This document shows, piece by piece, positions 1 to 13,167 of a DNA stretch of 64,000 nt. Each line of letters opens with the position of its first letter. The stretch's first letter is position 1. Where the stretch lies: contig NC_043002.1 of the NCBI RefSeq assembly GCF_006345805.1, forward strand, positions 7,750,001 to 7,814,000, read 5' to 3'. The stretch comes from Octopus sinensis (lineage: Eukaryota). The notes beneath the pieces are model-generated. The model was given only the letters and a program-made list of their open reading frames with translations. It was not told the DNA's origin and did no database searches. Both the position numbers and the translations under genes were made by a program.

Positions 1-314
1 GGGTTAAATACATAAACGACAAAAGAATGGAGAACAGGACAAGTAAAGACAGAGAAAGAGCTCTCCATCAGTTGTTGGTTGTCTATCTACTCCTCATTTC
101 GAGCATTCAACGACAATATGAGTCATCAGACACAGCTGCCCCACTAAATTCTAAAATAATATTCAGTACTTATGGAAGGTCAAAACTGGGAACAAAAACA
201 GGACAGTGGAGACATACAGGGAAACCGACGTTATATATAATATATATACATACTATATATTATTTACTATTTATTATTTTATTGAACACCACGCATCCAT
301 TTCCAAGTACACAA

Positions 315-348
<34 letters not shown>

Positions 349-379
349 TACACTATACACACATGTATATATATTTATA

Positions 380-417
<38 letters not shown>

Positions 418-509
418 TATAAATATATTTTTGCACAGATGGGTATACGAATGGTTCACTAAATTACAACAATTGTGCCTATAGAAGAAAGGATTATTGT
501 TATTGGGGT

Positions 510-715
510 GGGGTAATCGTCACCTCTTCGGGTGAAATGCTTAGCGGCATTTCGTCCGTCTTTACGTTCAGAGTTCAAATTCCGCAGAGGTCGACTTCGC
601 CATTCATTGCTGCGGAGTCGATAAAATAAGTACCAGTTGAGCACTGGGTATCGATGTAATGGACTTATTCCCACTCCTGAAATTGCTGGCATTGTGCCAA
701 AATTTGAAACCATTA
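510..715 (+). mobile_element. 5'-truncated tRNA-derived SINE (Meta-like core, alternative 3' tail)
   Basis: Shares gaaatgcttagcggcatttcgtc...gagttcaaattccgc...gtcgact...gtcgataaaataagtaccag with the full copies at 2578 and 56068. Ends cctgaaattgctggcattgtgccaaaatttgaaacc followed by (ATT)n. A more decayed copy follows at ~757-905. Confidence 0.75.
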
Positions 716-1262
716 TTATTATTGTTGTTGTTGTTGTTGTTGTTATTGTTAAATCGGAAAGCTGGCGAAAGCGTGAACTCGTCGGCTATTCGTTGAGTTA
801 AATAAAATGCTTGGCAGCATTTATTCCGTCTCTTCACGTTCTGAACTTCAAATGCTGCTGAACTCGACTTTGCCTTTCAACTTATGGACGTTGATAAAAT
901 AAGTGCGATTTCAAGCCTTGTATGAAGTTAAAATCACTCAGGGGTATCTCTGTCATTCAATCGTTATAGGATTCACTACAGCTGTTTAATACCAATTAAC
1001 TACTTGAACTTAGCGACAACAGTCCTTTGTATGATGTCTACACCTAAACTGTCGCCTTATTGCGTCACAAAAGACATCAAATCTATTTCTAAAACACTTT
1101 ATATAACCTCAAAATTATGAAAGGAGAATTACACAAACCCCTATGTAAACATACAAACGCATTCACACATACATGCACACATACATGCCATTGTATAGAC
1201 AGAGATGTACATACGTAAATACACATACACATGTATATATATATATATATTCTTTCTTTTTT

Positions 1263-1472
1263 TTCTTTTACTTGTTTCAGTCATTTGACTGCAGCCATGC
1301 TGGAGCACCGCCTTCAGGGGTTTTAGTCGATCAAATGAACCCCAGGACTTATTTTTAAGCCCAGCACTTATTATATTTGTCACTTTTGCTGAGCCATTAA
1401 GTTACGGGGATATAAATACACTAACATCGGTTGTCAAGCGGTGATGGGGGGACAAACACGCATACACACACA
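1263..1472 (-). mobile_element. 3' half of CORE-type octopus SINE
   Basis: cttttacttgtttcagtcatttgactgcagccatgctggagcaccgcc is the reverse complement of the tail of the full copies (e.g. 51438-51851). Confidence 0.8.
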
Positions 1473-1500
1473 TATATAATTGAAAAAATTTGGAGTCAAC

Positions 1501-1819
1501 AAGGAGTACGGCTGGATATTTATTTTTCAACCACTACAATTGTTTCTACGCAACATAGTTCTCCACGCGTCCAGGTACTAGATTATGCAACCGTTTCCCT
1601 GCATTATGAGATCTAGCTGTGTTTCTTCAGGAGATATGGAAATACTGTCTCCGTAATTTCAACTTACGGAGACAATATATAAATATCGCCTGAGGAAACA
1701 CATCTAGATCTCATAATGCAGGGAAACGATTGCATAATCGAGTACCTGCACGCCTGGACAACTATGTTGCGCAGAAACAATTGTAGTGGTTGAAAAATAG
1801 ATGTTCAACCGTACTCCTT
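1501..1819. repeat. ~320-bp fold-back palindrome
   Basis: aaggagtacgg (1501) pairs with ccgtactcctt (1819). Arms pair along most of their length. Inner stem tgtctccgtaa/ttacggagaca surrounds the loop tttcaac (1657-1663). Confidence 0.9.
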
Positions 1820-1966
1820 CTATTCACATACTACAAATGCTCAAACGCAAGCCTGAAAGTACGCATGGTACTACTACTGAAAGGCACAAGGTGAAATCTG
1901 AAGATGGACAAGCTTTATACTGTACTCTGCTATGTTCTTAACAGAATATACCATTATATATATATA

Positions 1967-2010
<44 letters not shown>

Positions 2011-2577
2011 ATATATATATATATATAGGGAGATTTTACGAAAAAAACAAAAGAAGACAGATGGTGTACAAAACAAACAGATGTATTAGTATAACTCCCA
2101 GGAATAGAAAAAGTCTTTTACATTTCGAGTCTATGCTCTACTACAGAAAGGGACACAGAAAAAAAACAAGGAGAGGAAAAAATGTGTGTAGTGGCTAACG
2201 ATCTAGATAGATAGATATACGTATACATATACATATACATGCATATATATATACACGCATATATATGCATATATACACACGCGCGCGCACCCACACAGTC
2301 ACATGCATTTATACATACTATTAGATCCGTGATTGTCAACCAGGTTCAGTTTCACCTGAGGGTTCAATATGATTTTGTACATTAAACTGGTTATACTTCT
2401 TCAAAACAATGTATTTTACTAATTTATACAACTCTCAGTAATATCTGATTACAAAAATATAATGGGAGTTTTTTTTAAACATTGACTGGCAAGATGAAGA
2501 CGGGCTAATAGAGTCAAATAAGAAGCAAAAGAGTCTAAGGGCAATAAGGTTTGAGAATCATTATATTAGATGATCGT

Positions 2578-2812
2578 AAGGCGGCGAGCTGGCAGAAACG
2601 TTAGCACGCCGGGCGAAATGCTTAGCGGTATTTCATCTGCCGCTACGTTCTGAGTTCAAAATTCGCCGAGGTCGACTTTGCTTTTCATCCTTTCGGGGTC
2701 GATAAATTAAGTACCAGTTACGCACTGGAGTCGATATAATCAACTTAATCCCTTTGTCTGTCCTTGTTTGTCCCCTCTGTGTTTAGCCCCTTGTGGCTAG
2801 TAAAGAAATATA
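2578..2812 (+). mobile_element. Full-length tRNA-derived SINE (Meta-like core) with 16-bp TSD
   Basis: Starts aaggcggcgagctggcagaaacgttagc (A-box-like), has gagttcaaa (B-box-like), core gtcgactttgcttttcatcctttcggggtcgataaattaagtaccag and tail ...taaagaaata. TSD tatattagatgatcgt at 2562-2577 and 2813-2828. Confidence 0.9.
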
Positions 2813-3339
2813 TATATTAGATGATCGTTGACTCACCTAGTCCCACCCGCTCTTTGTCAAGTTTTGTTCTCTTTGTATTTGTTTTTTATTCTGTAGGCTT
2901 GTTGTTCGGTTGCCGGCTTAATCATGGAACGCCTGATCGTGCACAAGTTGTACTGTTGTAATTGGCCACCAGTAGTAGGCTTCTAGTTATCATATCTCTA
3001 ATTTGTCAATATGCACGCACATACACAGGTGCACACACACACACATATACATATATAAAGACACATAAATATACACATCTATAGAGACATACACACGTGC
3101 ACATGCACAAATATGTATGTGGGTGTGCTGGTGTGTATATCTATATACATACATACGTAAATGAGATAGTACCATTGGTATTCAGTTACGTCTCTTTACG
3201 TTTTAGTTAAGTAGACTATACCTTTATCCCCTTACGAAACCGGTATTATAACCACCAGAAAAAATCGTCTTAGATCGATAAGAGCCACTAAGTATTTACA
3301 CTTCTATGTAGTTACACGACTTGCTAAATCTAACTGCTA

Positions 3340-3642
3340 GGCACATGGCCTAGTGGTTAGAGCAGCGGACTCGCGGTTGAGGACCCGCGGGTTAGAATCT
3401 CAGACCGGACGATGTGTGTGTCTATGAGCGAAACACCTAAGCTCTACGCGGCTCCGGCAGAAGGTAATGGCGAAACTTCTGCTGACTCTTTCGCCACAAC
3501 TTTCCCTTACTCATTCCTCCTACATCTTGCAGCTCACCTGTGACAGACCGTCGTCCCGTCCAGGTGGGGAACCTATACGCTAAGAAACCGGGAAACCGGC
3601 CCTTATGAGCCAGGCATGGCTCGAGAAGGTACAAACAACAAC
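3340..3642 (+). mobile_element. tRNA-derived SINE, third family, (CAA)n tail, 8-bp TSD
   Basis: A box tggcctagtggttag and B-box-like ggttagaatctc. 3' acaaacaacaac. TSD aactgcta at 3332-3339 and 3643-3650. Confidence 0.8.
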
Positions 3643-4131
3643 AACTGCTAAATCCATCCGCAATTTCGCCATACTGTCTTTATAGTACATAAAACACAAG
3701 ATATTGTTGATCGTCTCGGCTCGAAAGAATTTCATCACGGGTTCATCTTTGATGACCTAGTACTAAACAACATCAAGTATTCCGTCCTTACCATCAACTA
3801 AAACTTTTGAAGTGGATACTACACATTTGCTGCAGACTAACGACTCTAAGAAGTATGAATATAATATAATATATATAATATAATATAATATAATATAATA
3901 TAATATATATACATGTGTATGTGTGTTCACGTGTGTTTGTGTGTGTGTAAATTTCTTCAATAAGTTTGACTAAAGTCTCCATCCCGCAACATATATTTTT
4001 AGCTTACGTAAATATGTAACTTTCTAGGCCATTCGTTGAGGTTGAATGAATCCTAGCTAATAATACAATATCTGTCGAATGTTATATAAATATACTTCCA
4101 GGATATACCACGAAGCATTTTGATGTCTTGG

Positions 4132-4500
4132 AAGGGGTCTTCTACTGTAGCTTCGGGCCAACCAAAGCCTCGTCAGTGGATTTGATAGACGGAAACTGAG
4201 GGAAGCCCGTCGTATATATATATATATTTGTGTGTATATGTGTGTGTGCGTATATGTGTGTGTGCGTCTGGGGTATCTATGTGTGTGTTAGTGTTTGTGT
4301 TTGTTCCCCACTACCGCTTGACAACCGGTATTGATGTTTTTACGTCCCTGTAACTTAGCGGCTCGGCAAAAGAGACCGATAGAATAAGCACTAGGCTTTA
4401 AAAAATAAATTGGGGGGAGGATCGACTTGTTCCACTAAAAACTCATTCAAGGTGGTGCTCCAGCATGGCTGCAGTCAAAGGACTGAGACAAATAAAAGAA
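4132..4500 (+). mobile_element. 5'-truncated CORE-type SINE with central microsatellite
   Basis: gtcttctactgtagcttcgggccaaccaaagcc...gacggaaactg, then (TA/TG)n, then ...ggtgctccagcatggctgcagtcaaa tail. Confidence 0.8.
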
Positions 4501-4535
4501 TGTTTGTGCGTGTGTGTTGTTATTGGTCGAAGCTC

Positions 4536-4872
4536 GTGCGTGACTAGAGTCGCTACGGTATTCGGTTCGCGATCGTAAGGTCGTAAATACGATTCTCGGT
4601 GACACATTGTGACCTTGAACAAGACACTTGTTCAAGTTGCTCCAGTTCACTCAGCTGCCCCAAAATGAGTGGTACCTGTAAGCCAAATGGTGCTACTACT
4701 CATTTTTGAGCCTTTTCACATTCTGTGTCACTAATGAATCTACCCGAGAACTACATTAAGGGTACACGTGTCTGTGGAGTGCTCAGCCATTTACACGTTA
4801 ATTTCAGAAGCAGTTGATCGTATTAACTGGAACACCCCCCCCCATGTCGTCGTAACCAACAGAATGCCACCT
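4536..4872 (+). mobile_element. tRNA-derived CORE-related SINE, fourth family (decayed)
   Basis: tRNA-like head, CORE-like gtgaccttgaacaagacactt...ctccagttcactcagctg...aaaatgagt, tail gggtacacgtgtctgtggagtgctcagcca. Related tail fragments near 19700. Confidence 0.65.
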
Positions 4873-5037
4873 TTGTGTGTGTGTGTGTGTGTGTGTGTGT
4901 ATACATATATATACATACATACATGTGTATGTATGTTTATATACATATATATATATATTAAGTTTGACATGGCCTGGGCCAATACTGGCCAAAACCTTTC
5001 TAAGTTATTCTAAGTTATATATATATATGTATATATG

Positions 5038-5116
<79 letters not shown>

Positions 5117-5160
5117 AATATATATATGTATGTATATATGTATATATATATGCATGTATG

Positions 5161-5194
<34 letters not shown>

Positions 5195-5599
5195 TGTATG
5201 TAGTATGTATACACACATATTTGTGTTAGTGTGATCAGTGCTTTAATAATAGTTCGTGTTGACATATTAAAGTTCTAAATGAATGCACTGTAAAGCGAAA
5301 TGCAACAAGAAGCTGGGGGTGCCAAAAGGTGAGCGAATAACAACACCAAGAATGTTAATAACGGTAAAATACAGAGGTTTTTAAGTTCGTATGCTTTTCA
5401 CAATGGGCAGGAAGGATATACAAACGTTTCGGACAGGTAAATGTTTATTTTGTGGCTATCGTAGCGCCATACGGTTGCTAGCGGAATTTTAACGCAGTAC
5501 ACCTACATACAAAAAGCTTTTTATTTTTCTAACCAAAGCATAAATTCGTAACTACAAGAAATCAATCAAAGAACCTCTATGTTGAAGATCGAACTTTTA

Positions 5600-6025
5600 A
5601 AAATAGCAGCGAATTCTCCATAAAATCGCAGACTACACTTGTGGAAAAAAATAGAGATCATTGGGTAATATGTTTCTAGGTAAAACTAGCAGCGAATTCT
5701 CCATAAAATCGCAGGTTACACTTTTGGAAAATAATACAGAGATCCATTGGGTAATATGTTTCTAGGTAAAATTAGCAGCGAATTCTCCATAAAATCGCAG
5801 GCTACACTTTTGGAAAATAATACAGAGATCCATTGGGTAATATGTTTCTAGGTAAAATTAGCAGCGAATTCTCCATAAAATCGCAGGCTACACTTTTGGA
5901 AAAAAATAGAGATCCATTGGATAATATGTTTCTAGGTAAAACTAGCAGCGAAATCTCCATAAAATCGCAGACTACACTTCTGGAAAATAATAGAGAGATC
6001 CTTTCGGCAATATGTATCTAGGTAT
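5600..6025 (+). repeat. Minisatellite, 5 units of 83-86 bp
   Basis: tagcagcgaattctccataaaatcgcag (last unit gaaatctcc) starts at 5604, 5687, 5773, 5859 and 5943. Intervening sequence is also conserved. Confidence 0.95.
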
Positions 6026-9000
6026 ACAGGACCTGATAAAAGAACGCGATAGTCATGGAAGTAATGTTTATGATCAATTGGTCTGCGATCCTTATATTCA
6101 TGTAAGGAGAAAACCATTGTCCAGAAATTGCCATCAACTGATCTAATTGGAGTTATTTCTCTTGTTTTTAGCTCTTTTGAATATTCCAAGAGAGAGATTT
6201 TTGTCTACAAATTGTCTGGATAATTTCAATGGATCAGGATTTTTTGTCTAAGTATATTATATCTGCCGAGACATTGCATCCTTTAAAACCTCCATGGTTC
6301 CTGAAATTCTCCAACACTACACCTGATATCCCCCACCTTCATACGCATGCACACACTGTTCACTTTCCTGACTTTTGTACATAATTCTATGTATTGCACA
6401 TGCACCTTTTATAAGTTGTAGTGCACCTGAGCACTATGCATAATAATTTCATTATTATTATTATGTTTCACTGTTTACATTTTCTCCCCCGAAGCATGTT
6501 AAGGACGGAAGTAAAAGAAAATATTTCAAATGCATTGGCGAATCGCTTGGCTCGCCCGCGTCACGCACCATGTGGCATTCGTCAAAATAGAGCAAGTACA
6601 AACATACTTTCGATTTCGTAATTTGAACGAGGGGAGGGGACACGTTCGAAGTCAACGGGTTCTCTTTATAAACTGCTGAAAAAACTCTTGACTGGTGAAG
6701 AGTTGAATGAGTCCAACATTAAAAAAAATATATTTAAAAAATGACAAAAACAAACAAGAGCCTATGAAGAGGAAAAAAGTAGTGAAGCCAAAAAAATTTA
6801 CACGCACAAACACATTGTATACTTCATGGATGACTACTCAAATGGAACTCTCCTTGCTGGAAGATCATTAAAGTCTCGTATGACCTCTTACGATGTTGTC
6901 TACATGCCTCCATTGTCCTGTGTGTATTCAATGTTGAATTAACCACCCCACATCTTAGGTTTTCGGGAATCACTATATTGTAGTATTTGTTATGAACTGC
7001 TTAACACGAGAGAAAAGGTGGTGGAGGTCGCTATTTAGAGATCAGCTTTGTAAACAGAAAAGGAAAAAATTACTACAGAAACATACAAAGTCTAAAAGTA
7101 ATTATTGCTTTAAATTTCATTGGAACAAAAAATTGAGTTATATAGTTTGCGTTAGACACACGCCATCTGACAGAAGAGAAAATATGCAGCGGGACTGCCT
7201 GCTTTTAACTGTTTTATTTCATATACAACTTCGTGTTGACCGATACCTTGTGAATGGAATGTAGAAAATGAGAGCTGTGCAGATGCCCGTCAGGTGTGTG
7301 CCTTTGCAAACGTGTTTTCGGAGACGCCCAAAGGTGTGGTAACATGGGCTAGTATCGACTTCTATAGGCCCGGGATGTTTTAGCGAAATTTTGTCGTAGG
7401 AAACTGTGCATTGTACATATATGCATACATACACATATTTATGTATGTATGTGTGCGTATGTCTGTTTCTATACTTACGTTTTCATCATTCAAAGACTGG
7501 TTTCTTTCTCTCCCTCTCCCCTTTCTCACACACACATGCACACACAAATACACAGACATACACACGCACAAACACACACACACACATACATTCTGTAGGA
7601 AGGAGAAAGGTTGTAGAGAAATATTTTGAAAGTAAGAGAGGAGAGAGAGATAGCAAGAATAAGGAGCCGTAAAGAGTGTGTTTAAGAGTATATTAGTGAA
7701 TAGTCTTGCGTCTGTTAGAAAAAGAAAGATGGTAGAAAGTCAAAATATCTTCTAAATTCGCGTGATTTAGTGGAGTGATATCCTTAAAACCGGCATTTCA
7801 CTTAAATATCGTACAGGTGTAAACTATATATTTGATGCCATGATGAACTGTGTTGCAGTGTAGCGCTGTTATGATGTTATAGCGCTCATTTTGTAAAAAA
7901 AAATGATCTTCCTCTACCTTCGTTTTAAGAAAATCATGTCTTTTGCTAACGTTTGTAATATGAATTATGTATAATGAAAAAAGAAAAACTTTTTCGTTTA
8001 AAATATACAATCTATTAAGCTATCTCAACGTGTATTATGTGGATGTTTGCCTACGATTTCAGGATGAAAATAACACCAGTTTGTTCTTACAAAAACGAAA
8101 GGAATTCATGATGGATAGAAAAGAATTTATACACACATCCACACACACAAACACACATACATATTCACATAGTTGGATGCATGGATGGATGGGTGGATGG
8201 ATGGATGAATGGATGGATGTTTGTAAGTGTGTATCAATGTCAGTAGCTTGCTTTGCCTTTTCTTTTATTTGACACAGCACTGCCAGTGGTAAGGGAGAAA
8301 ACAGTACTGTCTTGAGAAACAAAATAGCGATCCGAAGCAGGTCGACTTTGCCTTTCATCCTTTCGGGGTCGATTAAATAAGTACCAGTTACGCACTGGGG
8401 TCGATATAATTGACTTAATCCCTTTGTCTGTCCTTGTTTGTCCCTTCTGTGTTTAGCTCCTTGTGGGTAGTAAAGAAACATGTATGAGGTGTTCTCTGAT
8501 GACGAAAAACAACAGCGATAAGATATTCATGCTCGAATCTGCCTGAACGTTGTAATGAAATACATATGCTGACGTAAGTAGTGGGGTTGTTATGATAGGC
8601 TAAAACTCCTTCACGTTGGTGCCCTTGTGTGAACATATTTCAATAAGCGAAACCAGTAAAATAATACAAGAATAAAGAAGCAAGCAACTAAAATGGAAGG
8701 TAACCAGGCAAATAAGTTGCTGCACTGGCATCTCATGGTTTGTGAATTCAAATGTTATGTCAGCATTTCATTGTGCACCAAGACAGGGGACTTTGCAATG
8801 CATTTTTAGGTTCGTAGAGCTGTCAGGAATAAACATCAGATCTTCTGGAATTATTCTCTGATATCAAATGACGTTCTATCTCTCGACCAACCGTTGATGA
8901 CGTGTGACACTATCAGACTCTTTTGCCGAACTGCTAAGATACAGGGACATAAACACACCAACATCGACTGCCAAGCGATGGTGATGGGGAAACACAGACA

Positions 9001-9039
9001 CGCACACATAAATATATACATACATACATACATACATAA

Positions 9040-9415
9040 TTTACAAGATAAGGGCAAAAGAAAAATTCTAATGCCAAATATGCCGAAAGAAAGACAAAAA
9101 TTGTCAATTAACAATTATAATTTATGCGTCTCGAAACAAACCGATAGGAATTTCTAAAAAATTCGTTATTACCGTATTGGTCCAATTTCGGGGTTAATTC
9201 ATAAAATTTTCCCCTCGTCATCGGCAAATACGCGAAATATAAATGAAATACTTACTCATACCCACGGAAAAAGCGGCACATCTCAAGACACGTGTGATTC
9301 GAAGTAGAAACTTTCACAGAGTGAGAGAATCCGGAAGTGAACACTATTCAATTTATAACTAATGTAGGATAAAAATTTTTTTTCGGAAAAAATGTTTTAT
9401 CTTACATTAGTTATA
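9040..9415. repeat. Rearranged copy of the dispersed (Helitron-like) element at 44683-45060, ending in a 62-bp hairpin
   Basis: 9040-9230 is the reverse complement of ~44800-44975. 9354-9415 tataactaatgtaggataaaa...ttttatcttacattagttata is self-complementary. Confidence 0.7.
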
Positions 9416-9495
9416 CATACATACATACATACATACATACATACATACATACATACATACATACATGCATACATACATACATGAATACACACACA

Positions 9496-9530
<35 letters not shown>

Positions 9531-9846
9531 GATAGATAGAGAGAGAGAGAGAGAGACATGCGCGCGTGCACACACACACATAAATATAAATGAATGATAT
9601 TATTTCTAAAAATAATAACGTTAGTAGCCATATAGGCAAAATAATAATTATATATAAGATATATAAATATATTTACATATACTAGGGTACTACATAAGCA
9701 CCTGTTTCACTAAACTCAGAAGTCAAACTACTTGTAAGCCATTAATTTAGTGATTCTTCTGTGGCCTAGAAATATTTTGACTTTTATTTTTAGTGAAGCA
9801 GGTGCTCATGTAGCACCCTAGTATATCTAAACATATTTATGTATCT

Positions 9847-9878
<32 letters not shown>

Positions 9879-9969
9879 GTGTGTGTGTGTGTGTGGTGTG
9901 TGTGTATGTATGTATGTATGTATGTATGTATGTATGTTTGTATGTATATATGTATATATATATATATAT

Positions 9970-10134
9970 ATACGACGGCCCTCTTTCAGTTTCCGTCTAC
10001 CGAATTCACTCACAAGGTTTTTGGTCGACCCGAAGCCATAGTAAAAGATACTTGCTCAAGGTACCACGCAGTGGGACTGAACTCGGAACTCTGTGGTTGG
10101 AAAGCAATCTTCCTACCACACAGCCCACGCCTGC
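9970..10134 (-). mobile_element. 5' half of CORE-type SINE
   Basis: tttcagtttccgtctacc...cttgctcaaggtaccacgcagtgggactgaac...ccacacagcc matches the family head in reverse. Confidence 0.8.
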
Positions 10135-10428
10135 ACACACCTTATTAATCCCGCTCCCAAATAAAACTTAGACTCCATACCTAAGAAAAGGATGAGGCAG
10201 AGAACCACTCTTGTACTCAGTATGATCTCTCTGAGGAATCTATTGCAATTCCATTACAGCCAACGTTCATAGATGCTCTATGCGTTTAAATGGATGCAGA
10301 ATGATCGTCTGAGTGGTTTCTTTCAGTAATTTATTTTCTTCAAATAAGCGTAAAGTTTTACGTTTAACGCGTACAATATTGTACATTTACGTAATTTTCT
10401 CTCATCACTATTTCGGCAAGGTACGGTA

Positions 10429-11085
10429 CTCTTTTACTCTTTTACTTGTTTCAGTCATTTGACTGCGGCCATGCTGGAGCACCGCCTTTAGTCGAGCAAC
10501 TCGACCCCGGGACTTACTCTTTGTAAGCCCAGTACTTATTCTATCGGTCTGTTTTGCCGAACCGCTAAGTGACGGGGACATAAACAAACCAGCATCGGTT
10601 GTCAAGCAATGCTAGGGGGACAAACACAGATACACAAAAACACACACGCATATAGATATATATATATATATATATATCTATATATATATATATATACTAG
10701 CAGTATCGCCCGGCGTTGCTCAGGTTTGTAAGGGAAATAACTATAAAGCATTTTTAGAGAGTTATAGCAAAAAAATAGCAAAAAAATGGAAAAAAAATGA
10801 TGGTAAATTTTTGTTTGAGAGTTAAAAAGGTGGAGTTGCGTCCCCTAGACGGTCTGTGGTTTGGGTTTCTAATTCTCGACCCCATGTCGAATTTATCGAT
10901 TTTTTTCAGAACTGGGGGAACTTTTCAAAATTTTCGCTTGTTTAGTTTTGAATTATGACATTGGGCTATGTGTGTGTCAAGTTTCATCAGAATCGGTTGA
11001 AAGCCGTGGTCAGAGTGAGGGTACGAGAAAACAGACACACAGAAAACGCACAGACAAACTGCCGTTTATATAGATATATATATAT

Positions 11086-11129
<44 letters not shown>

Positions 11130-11295
11130 TACGACAGGCTTCTTTCAGTTTCCGTCTACCAAATCCACTCACAAGGCATTAGTCGGCCCGAGGCTATAGC
11201 AGAAGACACTTGCCCAAGGTGCCACGCAGTGGGACTGAACCCGCAACCATGTGGTTGGTAAACAAGCTACTTACCACACAGCCACTCCTGCGCCT
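10429..11295 (-). mobile_element. Full-length CORE-type SINE interrupted by a Helitron
   Basis: Tail at 10429-10640 and head at 11130-11295 (ccactcctgcgcct). The central (TA)n carries the 10697-11074 insertion. Confidence 0.9.
10697..11074 (-). mobile_element. Non-autonomous Helitron
   Basis: On the minus strand it starts TC (plus ...tatataga) and ends CTAG, lies between A and T, and has a GC hairpin (plus cccggcgttgctcagg) ~10 nt from the CTAG end. Its terminal ~100 bp match 58332-58430. Confidence 0.8.
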
Positions 11296-11937
11296 ATTGC
11301 ATAAAATTTATGTCTCTCTCAGATAAGAAATTAAGAATAAAATATGTCCTGCTTACCTCCCGCACTTGCCAAAATGGTTAAGATAATATTAGTAACTGAG
11401 TTAATGCCGCATTTCTTTGCCGCATAATTATTTTAGTTTAAGTTTGTTGACCTTAACCACGTTAACAGTTTCAGTGAAAAGGCCATAGTAAGAAATGGAA
11501 TCAAGTAAGAACGTCTATGCAATTAACAAACCGAGCGTTGAATCTGCAGTGAGATCACAGACATGGTTAGATTGCTGTTTAATATGTTGTTTGAAGCCTT
11601 TAGTTTTTTGTTTTGTTTTTTTTTTTTTTGCTTTTTTTGGGGTTTTTTTTGGGGTTTTTTTTCCAATTCAAATCTCAGTTATATACTGATGATTAGATTT
11701 AATCAAAATTTTTGCTCTTTTCAATAAGTTTGCAATGTATGCAAGAGTGAAATCGATAATAGATTGCTCTCCAAAGAACTTATATATTTTTGATCACTTA
11801 TCAATATTATTTGTCATGAGATCAAATTTGATCAAGTTATTTCTTCAAATTCCAATGTTTTGAGAATCTTGTGTCACCTTATTAACCCAGAGATCAAATA
11901 TTGCTCTCTTATATTACAATACAAGCTAAGCGATCGA

Positions 11938-11940
<3 letters not shown>

Positions 11941-12025
<85 letters not shown>

Positions 12026-12047
12026 ACACACACACATACACACACAA
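11941..12047. repeat. (CA)n microsatellite
   Basis: Direct reading. Confidence 0.98.
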
Positions 12048-12191
12048 AAGTTCAATGTAAGGCATTTCTCACACAAAAGGTCCATGTAAGGCATTATGTT
12101 TGCCACTCTCCACGGCTTGAAAACCGGTGTTGATGTGCTTACGTCTCCATAAGTTAGCAGTTCGACAAAAGAAACCGATAGAATAAGTACC

Positions 12192-12609
12192 TATTTCTTT
12201 ACTACCCGCAAGGGCCTAAACACAGAGAGGACGGATAAGGACAGACAAACGGATTGAGTCGATTATATCGAGCCCAGTGCGTAACTGGTACTTATTTAAT
12301 CGACCCCGAAAGGATGAAAAGCAAAGTCGACCTGGGCGGAATTTGAACTCAGAACATAAAGACAGATGAAATACCTATTTCTTTACTACCCACAAAGGGC
12401 TAAACACAGAGAGGACGAACAAGGACAGACAAACGGATTAAGGCGATTATATCGACCCCAGTGCGTAACTGGTACTTAATTTATCGACCCCGAAAGGATG
12501 AAAGGCAAAGTCGACCTGGGCGGAATTTGAACTCAGAACGTAACGGCAGACGAAATACCGCTCAGCATTTCACCCGGCGTGCTAACGTTTCAGCCGGCTC
12601 GCCGCTTAA
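12192..12609 (-). mobile_element. Head-to-tail dimer of the Meta-like SINE inside an older CORE-type SINE tail
   Basis: tatttctttactaccc...gaactcagaac occurs twice (12192-12376 truncated; 12376-12609 full, ending cgccgctta). Host tail flanks it at ~12115-12190 and ~12610-12710. Confidence 0.85.
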
Positions 12610-12814
12610 AAACAATTAAGTACTGGGATAGATTTGTTCGCCTAAAATTCTTCAAGGCGGTACCCCAACATGGGCCACAGTCTAAGGACTGAAACAAGTA
12701 AAAAACAAAAACAAAGGAAGAGAGATATGGCGTTTTAATGATGTTAAGAATCTCGTTTGATGTTAACAATTTGTGATATTCTTTCAGTTTAAACCTCACC
12801 AAGAAAAATATTTA

Positions 12815-13090
12815 AACCACCTGATGAATGACTGTAACTCGAAAATTTAAAGAAATTAACAGCCATGCAACGATCGTAGTGTTATATTAATTATATTTTT
12901 TTAATAATTTTGTTATATTTAAATAATATAAATTAAATAATCTTATGTATTGGCTTAAGTTTTTCATTGTATGATTTGCCTAATAGTGGTTTTGTCTCTA
13001 ATTTAATATAATATAATATTTTACTATAAAATTGGATTCAATCCTAAATCTGATTTTTCCCTGTAAGTTTGTATTTATTCCCTAATATTT
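12815..13090 (+). mobile_element. Penelope-type terminal repeat fragment with decayed hammerhead start
   Basis: ccacctgatgaatg... then taatagtggttttgtctctaatt...atcctaaatctgatttttccctgtaa...ccctaatatt. Homologous to 44395-44615. Confidence 0.65.
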
Positions 13091-13091
13091 A

Positions 13092-13167
<76 letters not shown>

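Noticed and set aside
3340-3410. tRNA gene-like A/B boxes here and at other SINE heads
   Set aside because: No complete cloverleaf; each continues into a SINE body with tail and TSD.
5600-6025. CRISPR-like array
   Set aside because: The whole unit is repeated with no unique spacers, there are no cas genes, and the context is eukaryotic.
9330-9340. ETS site ccggaagtg and nearby cacgtg as a promoter
   Set aside because: Embedded within a rearranged repeat; isolated short motifs are expected by chance.
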